Origin: Candidatus Latescibacterota bacterium
Lineage (GTDB): Bacteria; Latescibacterota; UBA2968
Reading direction: 5' to 3'
Assembly (NCBI GenBank): GCA_965222605.1
Contig: OZ244960.1
Coordinates: 5,824,001-5,888,000 of the forward strand
DNA length: 64,000 nucleotides
Both the position numbers and the translations under genes were made by a program. Below, one piece after another: positions 1 through 9,733 of the stretch. The first letter of the stretch is position 1, and each line of letters begins with the position of its first letter. The notes under the pieces were generated by a model, which was not told where the DNA came from, did not search any database, and worked only from the letters and a program-made list of their open reading frames with translations.

Positions 1-224
1 GTTTCGATGCCGATCATGACGGTGTCGATGTTTGGATCGCCGAGTACAGCGTCTAATGACGTGCGAAATTCCATGCCGAATTTGTCGGCGTTTTCGCGCC
101 CGCGGTCTTTGTTGTCGTCCCATGTGGCGATGAGTTCGACATCGTCATAATGCTGCATTTGACCACAATATGCGTTGATGTGTCCGTGTGCGTGGCTGAT
201 TACGCCAATATGAACTTTGTCCAT
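1..224 (-). CDS. Gfo/Idh/MocA family oxidoreductase (5' part; runs off window)
   Basis: Manual translation MDKVHIGVISHAHGHINAY...DVELIATWDD...VLGDPNIDTVMI, a Rossmann-type N-terminus; follows a paralogue. Confidence 0.75.
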   Translation of the reverse strand, partial: MDKVHIGVISHAHGHINAYCGQMQHYDDVELIATWDDNKDRGRENADKFGMEFRTSLDAVLGDPNIDTVMIGIE

Positions 225-232
225 AAATATTC

Positions 233-1225
233 CTATTTCACGTAAACAACGGTTTCGTTGTCGAGCGATTCAATTGCTGCGGCAATGACTTTTTGCACGG
301 CGAGGCCGTCTTCGCCCGAGCCGTCGATGTCTTCGGGGGCAACCCCGTCTCTGACCTGGTGGAGAAATGTGCCGATGCGGTCTCGAAAGGTGTCGATAAA
401 GTCTCCAAATCCCCCAAAAGCCGGGTCTGTGTACACGGTTTTTTCGAGGTTGCCCGCCGGGTAGAGGGTGAGTTCGTACCACATGTCTTCAAGGACGAAG
501 CGACCGCCTGTTCCGGCGACTTCACAGCGTTCCATGGGATGCCCGCGTTCGATGTCGTAACTGCCCGTGAGTGAACCGACTACGCCATTTTTAAAACGCA
601 TGTTGAATTGCGCGGTGGACCATATTTTACGCCCCGGTGCTTTGGTGGCGAAACATTGAACCGCTTCGATATCGCCGCAGAAATAGCGCATGACGTCAAT
701 GGTGTGTGGGTGGAGCGCTTTGAGGTGATAATATGGCGAACTTTCCGCCGGGTTCATGATCCACATCGCCATATTGATAAAGAGCAGATGGCCCAGGCGA
801 CCTTCATTTACCCATTTTTTTGCAAGGCGAGCAGCAGGGGTAAAGCGGTGGTTGAGATCAATGCCATAGCAGACGCCCATTTTTTTTGCTTTGGCGACCA
901 TTTCTTCGCCGTGTAAAATATTATTTGAGATGGGTTTTTCACCCAAAACGTGACAGCCGGCTTCGAGGGCTTGTATTGTGGGTGCGTAGTGATCGCTGCT
1001 GTATTCATATCCGCCCGTGGCTACGCTTACCACATCGGGTTTGCGTTCTTCAAGCATTTTCTGAACGTTGTAAAAAGCGGTGACGCCCAGGCGCTGTGCG
1101 GCCGTATTGGCGCGGGTTTCGTCAATGTCGCATACGCCTACAAGCTCGGACAATGGGTTTTCAACATAAATGTCAGCGTGCCGGTTGCCAATTGGCCCCA
1201 GTCCGATGACGCATACACGTAGCAT
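233..1225 (-). CDS. Gfo/Idh/MocA family oxidoreductase
   Basis: Start trimmed to MLRVCVIGLGPIG (GxGxxG); EKP motif; NHRF. Confidence 0.9.
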   Translation of the reverse strand: MLRVCVIGLGPIGNRHADIYVENPLSELVGVCDIDETRANTAAQRLGVTAFYNVQKMLEERKPDVVSVATGGYEYSSDHYAPTIQALEAGCHVLGEKPISNNILHGEEMVAKAKKMGVCYGIDLNHRFTPAARLAKKWVNEGRLGHLLFINMAMWIMNPAESSPYYHLKALHPHTIDVMRYFCGDIEAVQCFATKAPGRKIWSTAQFNMRFKNGVVGSLTGSYDIERGHPMERCEVAGTGGRFVLEDMWYELTLYPAGNLEKTVYTDPAFGGFGDFIDTFRDRIGTFLHQVRDGVAPEDIDGSGEDGLAVQKVIAAAIESLDNETVVYVK

Positions 1226-1253
1226 AAAGGTACTCCATATTTGGGATTGGTGC

Positions 1254-2300
1254 TCAATCATCCAGCGTTTGCCGGCGACGACGGGCGAGTTCGCGCAGGT
1301 CGTCAACGCGGTCGGATTCATCGACGATTTCAGAGCCGAGAATTTCTTCGAGTACGTCTTCAAGTGCCAGAACGCCAGCGAGTCCCCCGTATTCATCGAT
1401 GACGGCAAAGAGGTGTTGGCGACGGTCGAGAAACATTTGCAGGATGCGGTCGAGGCTATGCGATTCGGCGACAAAATGCACGGGTTGCATGAGGTCTGAT
1501 AATTTGCTGTGGTCGCGGTCATCGGTAAGTGCAGCCAGGATGTCGCGCCGCAAAACAATGCCGACAATGTCTTCAAAATCTTTCTCGAAAACGGGAATGC
1601 GGCTGTAAGACCATATTCCGCGCTGGTTGCGGGCTTCTTCAACGGTGAGGTCGTCTTTGAGTGAAAAGACAACGGTTCGGGGGGTCATGATCTCCCTTGC
1701 AGTTTTGGATTTGAGGGAGAGTATATTTTGTATCACGCGCGCTTCTGTGGGGTCTAATGCGCCACTGCGCCTTCCCAGGCGGGCGAGTGAAATGAGTTCT
1801 TCATCGGAAATATCCTGTTCTTTTTGTTCTTTGGCAACCAGGCGCGTGGCCAGGCGCGACAATACAATAAATGGTGCGAATATCCAGACCAATAACTGGA
1901 GGGGGCGGGCAATGATGCTCGCCAGCGGGCGCGCATAAACCACGCCGATTGTTTTGGGCAGGAGTTCGGATAGGAATAAGATGGCGAAGGTCATTGCGAT
2001 GGAAAAGGCAATGCCAGCAAAGGACTCGCCGGCTGTTTCTTCTCCCATAACCGCTGTGGCAAAAAGAAATCCAGCGAGGCTGACGCCACCGGTGTTTGAT
2101 ATGGTGTTCAGAGATAAGATGGCGGAAATTGGGCGGTCAACGGTTTGGCGCAAGCGTCGCAAGATGAGGCCAGAGGTTTTGTTTTCTTGCGCGAGGATTT
2201 CGATATGGCTGATGGGCACAGAATAGAGTACGGCTTCAAAGAGGGAGCACATGGCAGATATTAAAATAACAGCAGCAACAACAATAATAAGCTCGATCAT
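1254..2300 (-). CDS. CNNM/DUF21 + CBS-pair (hemolysin/CorC-like) membrane protein
   Basis: SAMCSLFEAVLYS, ELLPKT, IMTPR, YSRIPV, VIDEYGGLAGVLALEDVLEEILG. Confidence 0.9.
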   Translation of the reverse strand: MIELIIVVAAVILISAMCSLFEAVLYSVPISHIEILAQENKTSGLILRRLRQTVDRPISAILSLNTISNTGGVSLAGFLFATAVMGEETAGESFAGIAFSIAMTFAILFLSELLPKTIGVVYARPLASIIARPLQLLVWIFAPFIVLSRLATRLVAKEQKEQDISDEELISLARLGRRSGALDPTEARVIQNILSLKSKTAREIMTPRTVVFSLKDDLTVEEARNQRGIWSYSRIPVFEKDFEDIVGIVLRRDILAALTDDRDHSKLSDLMQPVHFVAESHSLDRILQMFLDRRQHLFAVIDEYGGLAGVLALEDVLEEILGSEIVDESDRVDDLRELARRRRQTLDD

Positions 2301-2529
2301 GGGATTTTGTCTCCTTGCGCAGTTTGGCAAGACTGGGAGGTTTCATCTTTTTATTTAAGCATAAATTTTTTTTCGTCAAGATGTTTGCGAGGCGGGGTAC
2401 AACTTTGGCAAGAGTTTAACCTCTGGCTTGCAATAAGGTATTTTTCCTTGCCAAGTGTGTTTGAATCCGCTAAATTACGGCGTCATAATTTTCGAAATTT
2501 TACGGGGATTATCATTTTTACAAAATGCT

Positions 2530-2910
2530 ATGAAACGCGAAAGAATACATTATAACACGGTGCGCGAAGTTTGTTTTGCGCCGGAAGATCTCGTTCGTCT
2601 TTCCGATAATTTGCAGGAAAACGGCGCGCCATGTCATATCCGCCATTTAATGCCCGGGGAGGCAGACCCCGTGCGTTTGGCTCAGGTCAAAGACGTTATT
2701 GAAACGGTACTGACAGGGCGCAAGTACGAGGTTTTGTTGCTGCGCTCGCAGGGCAAGACTTTTACAGAAATCGCGCTGCTTTTAGAGATTTCAAAAAGTG
2801 CGGTGCAAAGTCACTACCGCCTCGCCATACGGCGGGTGCAACGCGCTCTGGGTATAGAACCCGGACAAAAGGTCAAACCCCCGTCACCATCGCCGTATTC
2901 CATGGTCTAA
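2530..2910 (+). CDS. sigma-70 region 4/LuxR-type HTH protein
   Basis: LTGRKYEVLLLRSQGKTFTEIALLLEISKSAVQSHYRLA helix-turn-helix; start approximate. Confidence 0.6.
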   Translation: MKRERIHYNTVREVCFAPEDLVRLSDNLQENGAPCHIRHLMPGEADPVRLAQVKDVIETVLTGRKYEVLLLRSQGKTFTEIALLLEISKSAVQSHYRLAIRRVQRALGIEPGQKVKPPSPSPYSMV

Positions 2911-2934
2911 CTTTCCTCTGTTTGTTTTGTCAAT

Positions 2935-2967
2935 CAGGTTCCGCTTTGCGCGACCTGTTTTTTTTTG
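2935..2967 (+). terminator. probable intrinsic terminator
   Basis: CAGGT...ACCTG stem followed by a long T run. Confidence 0.5.
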
Positions 2968-3075
2968 CTCCAAAGCCTCCAGTCCCTCGCCTTTTTCTAA
3001 AAAATGTCGCAGGAGACCCGTGCTTGAGCACGGAGAGGAATGTGACGTGATTGAATGTGGTGTTGCATGTAGATG

Positions 3076-3104
3076 TTGACATTCATACCATTTGCAAGTA
3101 TATT
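3076..3104 (+). promoter_or_regulatory. sigma70 promoter for tnpB
   Basis: TTGACA-17 bp-TATATT. Confidence 0.6.
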
Positions 3105-3174
3105 GGAGTATGATTAAGCTAATAAAAACAATAGTTTGTGTCTATGAATCTGCATTGCGGAGGGTCAATTTTAG

Positions 3175-4413
3175 ATGCAATACCTGACAATAAAAGCCCA
3201 TCTTCGTGGAGAACCTGAACGCTTTGCCATTCTCCGTGACGCAATGCTGTCTGCGACCAAAGTCTATAATGGCTTGATCTTCCATCTGCGTGAAGAATAC
3301 GACCAGCATGGGAAAGTCTGTTATTCGGTCAGCCATCTCAACCGTATCGCCCGCGGATTGCCTCGCCACAAGGAATTGTACTCCGATGTGGTGGACACCA
3401 CGCGACAAGAGGTGGGGTGGGCTTTTCGGTCGTTCTTTCAAAAGTGCAAGCGCGACAAGAAGGCACGGCCTCCAGGGTTCAGGAAGAAGACGTGCCTGTC
3501 TCCGCTGCGCTATTCCCACCCCAATAATGGATCCATCAAAGTGATCCACAAACGCGGGATGACATATCTTCGCATGTCCCTTGGCACCACCCGACAGGAC
3601 GGTGTGCGCCATATCGTCTTTCGTCTCCACACCCGCCCAGATATTGACCTTCAGAGGTTGAAAAACGTCCAGATCATCTACGATACGCACACACGGGATT
3701 TCCAAGTCCGTCTGGTGGTCGAAGTGGATATTGTTCAAAAGCTGAGAGAGGCCACCGTTGGTGTAGATATAGGCGAAGACTGGCTCATCGCCGCAGATTT
3801 CTGTGACAGCACGCGGTATCTGATCTGTGGACGTGAACTTAAGGCCACACGCCGATACTGGCAGAAGGTCAGAGCAAAGGTCAAACCGCCCAGCCAGGAC
3901 CATCCCAAGATGTCGAGACGCTATCGCCAGATCGCCCGAAAAGAAGCCCGACAAATCACGCATGCCCTCCATATCGCCAGCAGACGGTTTGTGGATATGT
4001 GTGCCGATAAGGGTGTGGGCACTATCATCCTGGGAGACCTGACCGGCATCCGACAGCACATCGCTTATGGCACAAGGATGAATCAACGCCTGCACGCCTG
4101 GCCATATGATAGGCTCAGGGCGATGATTGAATACAAGGCCGCACTGTGTGGCATAAAGGTCAAAGTCGTCTCGGAAAAGTATACCTCGCAGACTTGCCCG
4201 CACTGTGGTATAAGAAAGAAATCCAATCGCAAACATCGTGGTTGGTACTCCTGCCTATGTGGCTTTGAAGGTCAAGCGGATCTGGTAGGTGCTTTCAATA
4301 TCCACCGGCAGGTATCTGGGGTTCCCAGTAGTGGGCGTTCGGCACGCCCCGTGGTCTTGGTGTATGATCACCATACGGTCCACGAAGCTGCAAGTTCTCG
4401 AGAGGCAGCCTGA
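3175..4413 (+). CDS. tnpB: RNA-guided endonuclease TnpB
   Basis: VGVDIG (RuvC-I), IILGDL, SEKYTSQTCPHCG...CLCG zinc finger, ADLVGAFNI (RuvC-III). Confidence 0.92.
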   Translation: MQYLTIKAHLRGEPERFAILRDAMLSATKVYNGLIFHLREEYDQHGKVCYSVSHLNRIARGLPRHKELYSDVVDTTRQEVGWAFRSFFQKCKRDKKARPPGFRKKTCLSPLRYSHPNNGSIKVIHKRGMTYLRMSLGTTRQDGVRHIVFRLHTRPDIDLQRLKNVQIIYDTHTRDFQVRLVVEVDIVQKLREATVGVDIGEDWLIAADFCDSTRYLICGRELKATRRYWQKVRAKVKPPSQDHPKMSRRYRQIARKEARQITHALHIASRRFVDMCADKGVGTIILGDLTGIRQHIAYGTRMNQRLHAWPYDRLRAMIEYKAALCGIKVKVVSEKYTSQTCPHCGIRKKSNRKHRGWYSCLCGFEGQADLVGAFNIHRQVSGVPSSGRSARPVVLVYDHHTVHEAASSREAA

Positions 4414-4534
4414 AAGTCAGGGCAACTCCCGGAATCCCTCGACTTTAGTCGAGGGAGCACGTCGAGTGTATCTTTGGTGTTTATCACAATAGTTGTGAAT
4501 CGCGTTTTAATTTCATTTTTGAAAGGAGTTTTCC

Positions 4535-4912
4535 ATGGCTGTATTTCTTCATACGCGCATTCGCGTGAGCGATTTGGATAAGTCGATCCAGTATTATTGC
4601 GATCACTTTGGTTTTGTGCTAAAGAGCCGTTCGGAGAAGTCGCCAGCGGGCAATCAGATCTGCCATCTGGAATTGCCGGGCAACGAGCATACGCTGGAAT
4701 TGACGTATTCCGATGATTACGAGTTGAATGTGCCCGAAGATTTGATGCACTTTGCGATCGGCGTGTCCGATTTGATTGCCTTTTGCGATGAGCTAGAAAA
4801 AAATGGACTCGAAATTTGGCCCGGCGATTGGCGAGAGACTTTCCCCACAGGTCGCAAAATGGCGTTTGTCGATGATCCCGATGGGTATGAAATTGAGTTG
4901 TTGGAACGATAA
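4535..4912 (+). CDS. VOC/glyoxalase I-like protein
   Basis: FLHTRIRVSDL, LELTY, HFAIGV, AFVDDPDGYEIELLE. Confidence 0.88.
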   Translation: MAVFLHTRIRVSDLDKSIQYYCDHFGFVLKSRSEKSPAGNQICHLELPGNEHTLELTYSDDYELNVPEDLMHFAIGVSDLIAFCDELEKNGLEIWPGDWRETFPTGRKMAFVDDPDGYEIELLER

Positions 4913-4918
4913 AAATTA

Positions 4919-4950
4919 AGGGATCGCCTGACTGAAATAAGGCGGTCCCT
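4919..4950 (+). terminator. hairpin between convergent genes
   Basis: AGGGATCGCCT...AGGCGGTCCCT inverted repeat. Confidence 0.5.
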
Positions 4951-5023
4951 CAAGTTATTTTATTAGTAATTGCCGGGTTTTATTTTTGAAAGGGGATACA
5001 GGATGCGGTGGGATAGATATCAA

Positions 5024-5323
5024 TCAGTCGGATGGTGTAGTGATTACAACGCGCTCAACCTGAATCTCATCGGCCTTCTGCATGACCTGTGCCAAGTCGT
5101 AGGCCGCCTGCATTCGGTACCATGTGATTGCGCCTCCGCCGAAGGCTTTGTCCAGGCGAATCGCCATCTCAGGCGAGATGCCAGCCTGGCCGTTCACGAT
5201 ATCCGATAGTTCCTCGTAGTCAACGCCGAGTTTTTGCGCGGCTACAGCCACACTCAGCCCAAGTGGTTCCAGGCAATCGTAGCGTACTGACAGCCCCGGA
5301 TGGGGCGGATTCTTCATCGGCAT
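5024..5323 (-). CDS. higA: HigA family antitoxin
   Basis: MKNPPHPG...[15 protein letters not shown]...[12 protein letters not shown]. Confidence 0.92.
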   Translation of the reverse strand: MPMKNPPHPGLSVRYDCLEPLGLSVAVAAQKLGVDYEELSDIVNGQAGISPEMAIRLDKAFGGGAITWYRMQAAYDLAQVMQKADEIQVERVVITTPSD

Positions 5324-5332
5324 TTTTTCTCC

Positions 5333-5611
5333 TTAGTGGTAGTCAATCAAGTCCACGTTACGAGCATTTTCTCCTTTAAACTGAAACACGATGCGCCAGT
5401 TACCCGACACACTGACCGACCAGTATCCCATGCGGTTACCTTTTAACGGATGTAGTCGAAAGCCCGGTAGGTTCATGTCTCCAGGTACTGTCGCCTCATC
5501 AAGGCGGGCTAGAATACGCTCTATTTTGTCAGCGTATTCAGGTTGAACATATCGCCGATTTCCTTCTTCATAGAGGGATTTGAGACCTTTGTGGCGAAAA
5601 CTGAGGATCAT
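5333..5611 (-). CDS. higB: HigB/RelE family toxin
   Basis: MILSFRHKGL...PGFRLHPLKG...WSVSVSGNWRIVF...DLIDYH. Confidence 0.92.
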   Translation of the reverse strand: MILSFRHKGLKSLYEEGNRRYVQPEYADKIERILARLDEATVPGDMNLPGFRLHPLKGNRMGYWSVSVSGNWRIVFQFKGENARNVDLIDYH

Positions 5612-5695
5612 AAACCAAATATAACCTATCTTCTTCCAGAATCAAAATATCACCTAAATTCAGCATCGATTGCAGAATGACCAGGTCCAGAACTG

Positions 5696-6151
5696 ATGTT
5701 ACCCAATTTAACTGTGCGTCCAGCGCGGGTTTCTGATAGAAAAGCACTTAATGAATTAGTAAAAATGATTGGACCGCAATGCGTTATGGAGTTGCCGGGC
5801 GGGCACGTGTCCATAGATGTGGAGCAGATACTTGTGGCCGTGCAGAGCGATCAGGTGATTGGATTTGTGGCATGGCATCAAGATGAGATGCAGGCCGCGA
5901 TTGTGGGGCTTGGGGTGTGTGATACGCATCGGCGCTTTGGCGTGGCAACGCAGTTGGTCAACGCGCTGACTGAGCATTTGCGGGAGGCGGGGTTGCGGTT
6001 GTTGGAAGTGGTTGTGCCCGGCGATGGGGTAGGCGCGATGGCCGTTTTTGAATCGGTAGGGTTCAGGCGGCTGGGGCGCAGTGCTACTGGTGCGTTTACT
6101 TTTGAATATCGCTTGTGGGGACGCAGAAATCGGGCAGATGGATTTGCGTGA
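5696..6151 (+). CDS. GNAT family N-acetyltransferase
   Basis: LGVCDTHRRFGVATQL (acetyl-CoA motif A), FESVGF. Confidence 0.8.
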   Translation: MLPNLTVRPARVSDRKALNELVKMIGPQCVMELPGGHVSIDVEQILVAVQSDQVIGFVAWHQDEMQAAIVGLGVCDTHRRFGVATQLVNALTEHLREAGLRLLEVVVPGDGVGAMAVFESVGFRRLGRSATGAFTFEYRLWGRRNRADGFA

Positions 6152-6203
6152 TCTGTTATTAGTTTGGGAGCAATGTCAGGCAGGTGATTGAGAAAGGTGG
6201 ATT

Positions 6204-8159
6204 ATGGCCGAAGTACAAACCTCAAATACAACAGATGTAGCAACGCGCGAGGGTATTACGCTCAGGGCTGTTCTTTTTGGTATGGTCGTGGTGCTGTGGA
6301 TTGCGTTTTGGAATACGCATGCCGAGTATCTCGCCCATACATCGCGTATGAATATCAGCCATTTTCCAATGGTATTGTTGTGTACCTATGTGCTGGTGGT
6401 GTTGCTGAATCAGTTGGTGCGCTGGATAAAGCCTCGATATGCGCTGTGTCAAACCGAGTTGCTGATGGTGTTGGCGATGGGGCTTTTGGGTGCGGCCATT
6501 CCCGCTTATGGTTTGACGAGTTTTTTTCTGGGCATGATTTCGGTGCCGCATTATCTGGCGACGCCCGAAAATCAATGGTCGGAATTTGTCCATCCCCATT
6601 TGCCCGATTGGCTGGTGCCGAGCAATGAAGGCCACGCCATGCAATGGCTTTACGAGGGCCTGCCTGCGGGACAATCCATTCCCTGGGATGTGTGGGTTGT
6701 TCCGCTGTTCTGGTGGTTGAGCGTTATTGCAGCCATTGTTCTGGCGTCTATCGCGCTTTCAAGTATGTTGCGAAAACAGTGGTCTGAGCACGAGCGCGTG
6801 GCCTATCCCGTGCTCGGTCCTCCGGTAGAACTGGCCTCGGCTGCCGACGCGCCAAAGCGGGAAGGCATTTTGTACAATCGGTTGTTCTGGATTGGATGCG
6901 GCCTGATTTTTTTTGTTAAAGCGTGGAATATTTTGTCGTATTTCAACCCCGGTATTCCCATTATCTGGTTGGGACAGCAGTGGTTTTATTTTGCCCGATT
7001 TTATCCGCCGCAGCATACAGGGGTGAATTTTTTTACCATTGGCTTTGCGTATTTTGCCAATGTGGATGTGTTGTTTTCCATTCTGGTATTTCATGTTCTA
7101 TACCTCAATGAGATTGCTTTTTTTCGTCGAATTGGGTTCACATTGACGGCCAAAACGGGTCCCGGCGATGCGGTGGCTGGGCTGCAAAGTGCCGGTGCAT
7201 TTATTGCTCTGGTCTTCTGGACATTTTGGACGGCGCGGTTGCATTTGAAGGATGTGTTTCGCAAGGCGTTATGGGGCGACGATACGGTGGATGATTCGGA
7301 TGAGTTGATGTCGCATCGCATGGCGGTTATTTCGCTTGGGGTCAGCGTGTTGTTCTTGCTGTTGTGGCTGCGTACTATGGGATTGGAATGGAATTTTGCG
7401 TGTCTGTTAACCCTGGGTTTATTCATCGCTTATGTTGGGCTTGCCCGTGTGATTGCCGAAACCGGCGTGGTGTATATGAGCATGCCTATCAGCGAGGCCG
7501 GTTTCGCAGATCTGTTTTTTCATCCGGCAGATTATTCGGCGGGTGCGAGAACTTCGATCACGCTGTTTTCTGCCTTGCGTTGCCAGAGCAAGGCAATGTT
7601 TATGGTGCCTCTGGTTCACGTTGCCAGGTTGGGCGAGTTGATCCAGCAGCAAAAGGGGCGTTTGTTGATGACCGTGCTTTTGACACTCATCGTTGGGATC
7701 GGTGGGACGGTGATTCTGACGCTTTTTTTGAGTTATACACACGGCGCGTATAATTTTAATGATCTTCCTTTTACGCGCTATCCGCCGCGGGTGTACGACG
7801 GTCTGGTCAACGCCTTAAAAGAAGTGCCCGAATACAAACCCGAACGCTATTTGTTTATCGGTGCTGGAGCACTCATTTTTAGTGTTATGAGTTTTTTGCG
7901 GTATCGCTTTACATGGTGGCCCCTGCATCAGATTGGGATGATTGTGCCGGTTGGTCACGCGATGCATTCGACTATGTCTATTTTGATTGCGTGGAGCGCC
8001 AAAGCTATTATTCTTCGCATTGGGGGAGCTTCGCTTTATCGGCGCAGTCGGCCCTTTTTTGTCGGGATGCTGGTGGGCTATGGGCTTGCCGTGTTCACGT
8101 CCTATGTGGTGGATCAGATTTGGTTTCCCGGGCGGGGGCATCACATGCATTCGTGGTAG
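6204..8159 (+). CDS. multi-pass membrane protein (DUF6785/DUF6784-like)
   Basis: 651 aa polytopic; GITLRAVLFG, RKQWSEHERVAYP, ARVIAETG, WWPLHQIG, YRRSRPFFVG motifs. Confidence 0.7.
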   Translation: MAEVQTSNTTDVATREGITLRAVLFGMVVVLWIAFWNTHAEYLAHTSRMNISHFPMVLLCTYVLVVLLNQLVRWIKPRYALCQTELLMVLAMGLLGAAIPAYGLTSFFLGMISVPHYLATPENQWSEFVHPHLPDWLVPSNEGHAMQWLYEGLPAGQSIPWDVWVVPLFWWLSVIAAIVLASIALSSMLRKQWSEHERVAYPVLGPPVELASAADAPKREGILYNRLFWIGCGLIFFVKAWNILSYFNPGIPIIWLGQQWFYFARFYPPQHTGVNFFTIGFAYFANVDVLFSILVFHVLYLNEIAFFRRIGFTLTAKTGPGDAVAGLQSAGAFIALVFWTFWTARLHLKDVFRKALWGDDTVDDSDELMSHRMAVISLGVSVLFLLLWLRTMGLEWNFACLLTLGLFIAYVGLARVIAETGVVYMSMPISEAGFADLFFHPADYSAGARTSITLFSALRCQSKAMFMVPLVHVARLGELIQQQKGRLLMTVLLTLIVGIGGTVILTLFLSYTHGAYNFNDLPFTRYPPRVYDGLVNALKEVPEYKPERYLFIGAGALIFSVMSFLRYRFTWWPLHQIGMIVPVGHAMHSTMSILIAWSAKAIILRIGGASLYRRSRPFFVGMLVGYGLAVFTSYVVDQIWFPGRGHHMHSW

Positions 8160-8178
8160 AGGATGTGCATGAACAAAA

Positions 8179-9633
8179 ATGGGGGAGGATGTGAGCAGTC
8201 AATCTCTGGCAACACGAGCGGTGCGCGGTGCGTTTTGGACCAGTGGCGGGTTGGGCGTGCATCTAATCGTGACACTGATTTTTTTTCGGATTCTAAATCT
8301 GGAAGATATGGGGTATTTCATCTGGGCACAGCGCGTTTTAATTTTGTTCCAGATGGTTGGTGTATTGGGTTTAAATGATGCCCTGGTAAAATACCAGAAT
8401 GCCTCTCGCGTCCACATTTCTTCTGCTTTTTGGACCTGTCTTTTTGTGGGCGTGGTGCTTTTTGCCGGGTTTATTGCAAGTGAGTGGCTTCTGATTATCT
8501 GGTTGGGGAGAACGCCGAATATTGCGGCGTTTTTTGATATTGCAAAACCCATGGCTTTGATCATTCCCCTTGCATCTGTTTCGGGCATTGTGAAAGCGAT
8601 TCTGGCTCGGGAATTGCGCTTTCAATCCATAGCAATAAGTGAAATGGCCGCTGCGTTGATTGCGGCAATTGTTGGCATTGGCCTTCTCGTTGGTGGTTGG
8701 GGCATAAAAAGTGCGGTTTGGAATACAATAGCGAGAGAGATTGCATTGTTGGGCGGTTTGTGGATTGCCGCTGCCTGGATGCCGTCGCTGTCGTTTAGTT
8801 GGGCAAAGCTGAAGGATCTCCTGCCATTTGGATTCAATGTTTCTGGCGCGAATCTGCTCAACAATATCAACAATAATCTGGACAAGGTCTATTTTGTTCC
8901 CGTTTTACTGGGGCCTGTTGCTGCGGGTATGTACGCTTTTGCCTATCAATACACTATGGTTCCATTGAATCGGGCAAGTGTTGTGCTTACGCGGGTAATT
9001 TTTCCGGCTTTTTCCGTGGTGCAGAGCGATAATCGGACTTTGCGACGGGGATATACGCGCACTATTACTGCGATTGCCCTTTTGGCCTGGCCCGCGCTCA
9101 TAGGTGGTTTTATTTATGGGCGAGAGATTTTGTTGTTCGTAAAAGGCGAGGAGATATTGCCGGCTCTTAATTCACTCAGGCTGTTGGTTTTAGCTGGTAT
9201 GCTTAAAGCTGTGGGTACGGTTGTGGGGTCAGTTTTTCTCGCCAAAGGAAAGGCAGACTGGTCATTCCGATGGACGCTTGTAAATCTGATTGTTTTCGTA
9301 CCCGCGCTCTATTGGGGGGTGCGCTATGGTATCGATGGGATCGCCGCCGTGCTTTCAGCGGCTGCTGCGTTATTTCTCGTGGTTACGCAAATACTGGTCA
9401 ACCGTTTGATCAATCTGCGAATGGCCAATTATTTGAAATCATTTGTTCGACCATTGCTGACAACGCTATTGGTCGCCGCTGCGCTGGTTGCGGTTCGTTT
9501 ATTGACCGATCTGGGGCTTGTTGAAACTCTGTTGTTGGGAGGAGTGATTGGGAGCATTGCCTATGCTATTGCTGTTCGTTTGTTTGCGTGGGCATTTGTG
9601 ATGCGGTTCTGGCGTGATTTCCGGGGGCAATAG
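8179..9633 (+). CDS. Wzx/WzxC-like polysaccharide flippase
   Basis: RAVRGAFWT, LARELRF, RVIFPAFS; about 12-14 TM segments. Confidence 0.85.
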   Translation: MGEDVSSQSLATRAVRGAFWTSGGLGVHLIVTLIFFRILNLEDMGYFIWAQRVLILFQMVGVLGLNDALVKYQNASRVHISSAFWTCLFVGVVLFAGFIASEWLLIIWLGRTPNIAAFFDIAKPMALIIPLASVSGIVKAILARELRFQSIAISEMAAALIAAIVGIGLLVGGWGIKSAVWNTIAREIALLGGLWIAAAWMPSLSFSWAKLKDLLPFGFNVSGANLLNNINNNLDKVYFVPVLLGPVAAGMYAFAYQYTMVPLNRASVVLTRVIFPAFSVVQSDNRTLRRGYTRTITAIALLAWPALIGGFIYGREILLFVKGEEILPALNSLRLLVLAGMLKAVGTVVGSVFLAKGKADWSFRWTLVNLIVFVPALYWGVRYGIDGIAAVLSAAAALFLVVTQILVNRLINLRMANYLKSFVRPLLTTLLVAAALVAVRLLTDLGLVETLLLGGVIGSIAYAIAVRLFAWAFVMRFWRDFRGQ

Positions 9634-9733
9634 ATCAAAAAATAGGCTCGAAATTGTGATTGTGTTGTCATCTACTTCATGGCATAATGCAAGCGTTCGG
9701 CTGTAAAATGGGATTGTGAATAGGAGGTGCGTT

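Larger units (their letters stand above)
3001..4465 (+). mobile_element. IS200/IS605-family (IS1341-like, tnpB-only) element
   Basis: Left-end hairpin CCGTGCTTGAGCACGG within a GTCGCAGGAGA...GAGGAATGTGAC context; right end GAAT-CCCTCGACTTTAGTCGAGGG-AGCACGTCGA; no intact tnpA; boundaries approximate. Confidence 0.8.

Noticed and set aside
1226-1672. N-terminal extension of the 479-aa ORF 233..1672
   Set aside because: Overlaps the CNNM gene in another frame; the Rossmann motif starts at 1225.
3110-3187. tnpA gene upstream of tnpB
   Set aside because: Only a 25-codon ORF without an HUH or catalytic Tyr motif; at most a remnant.
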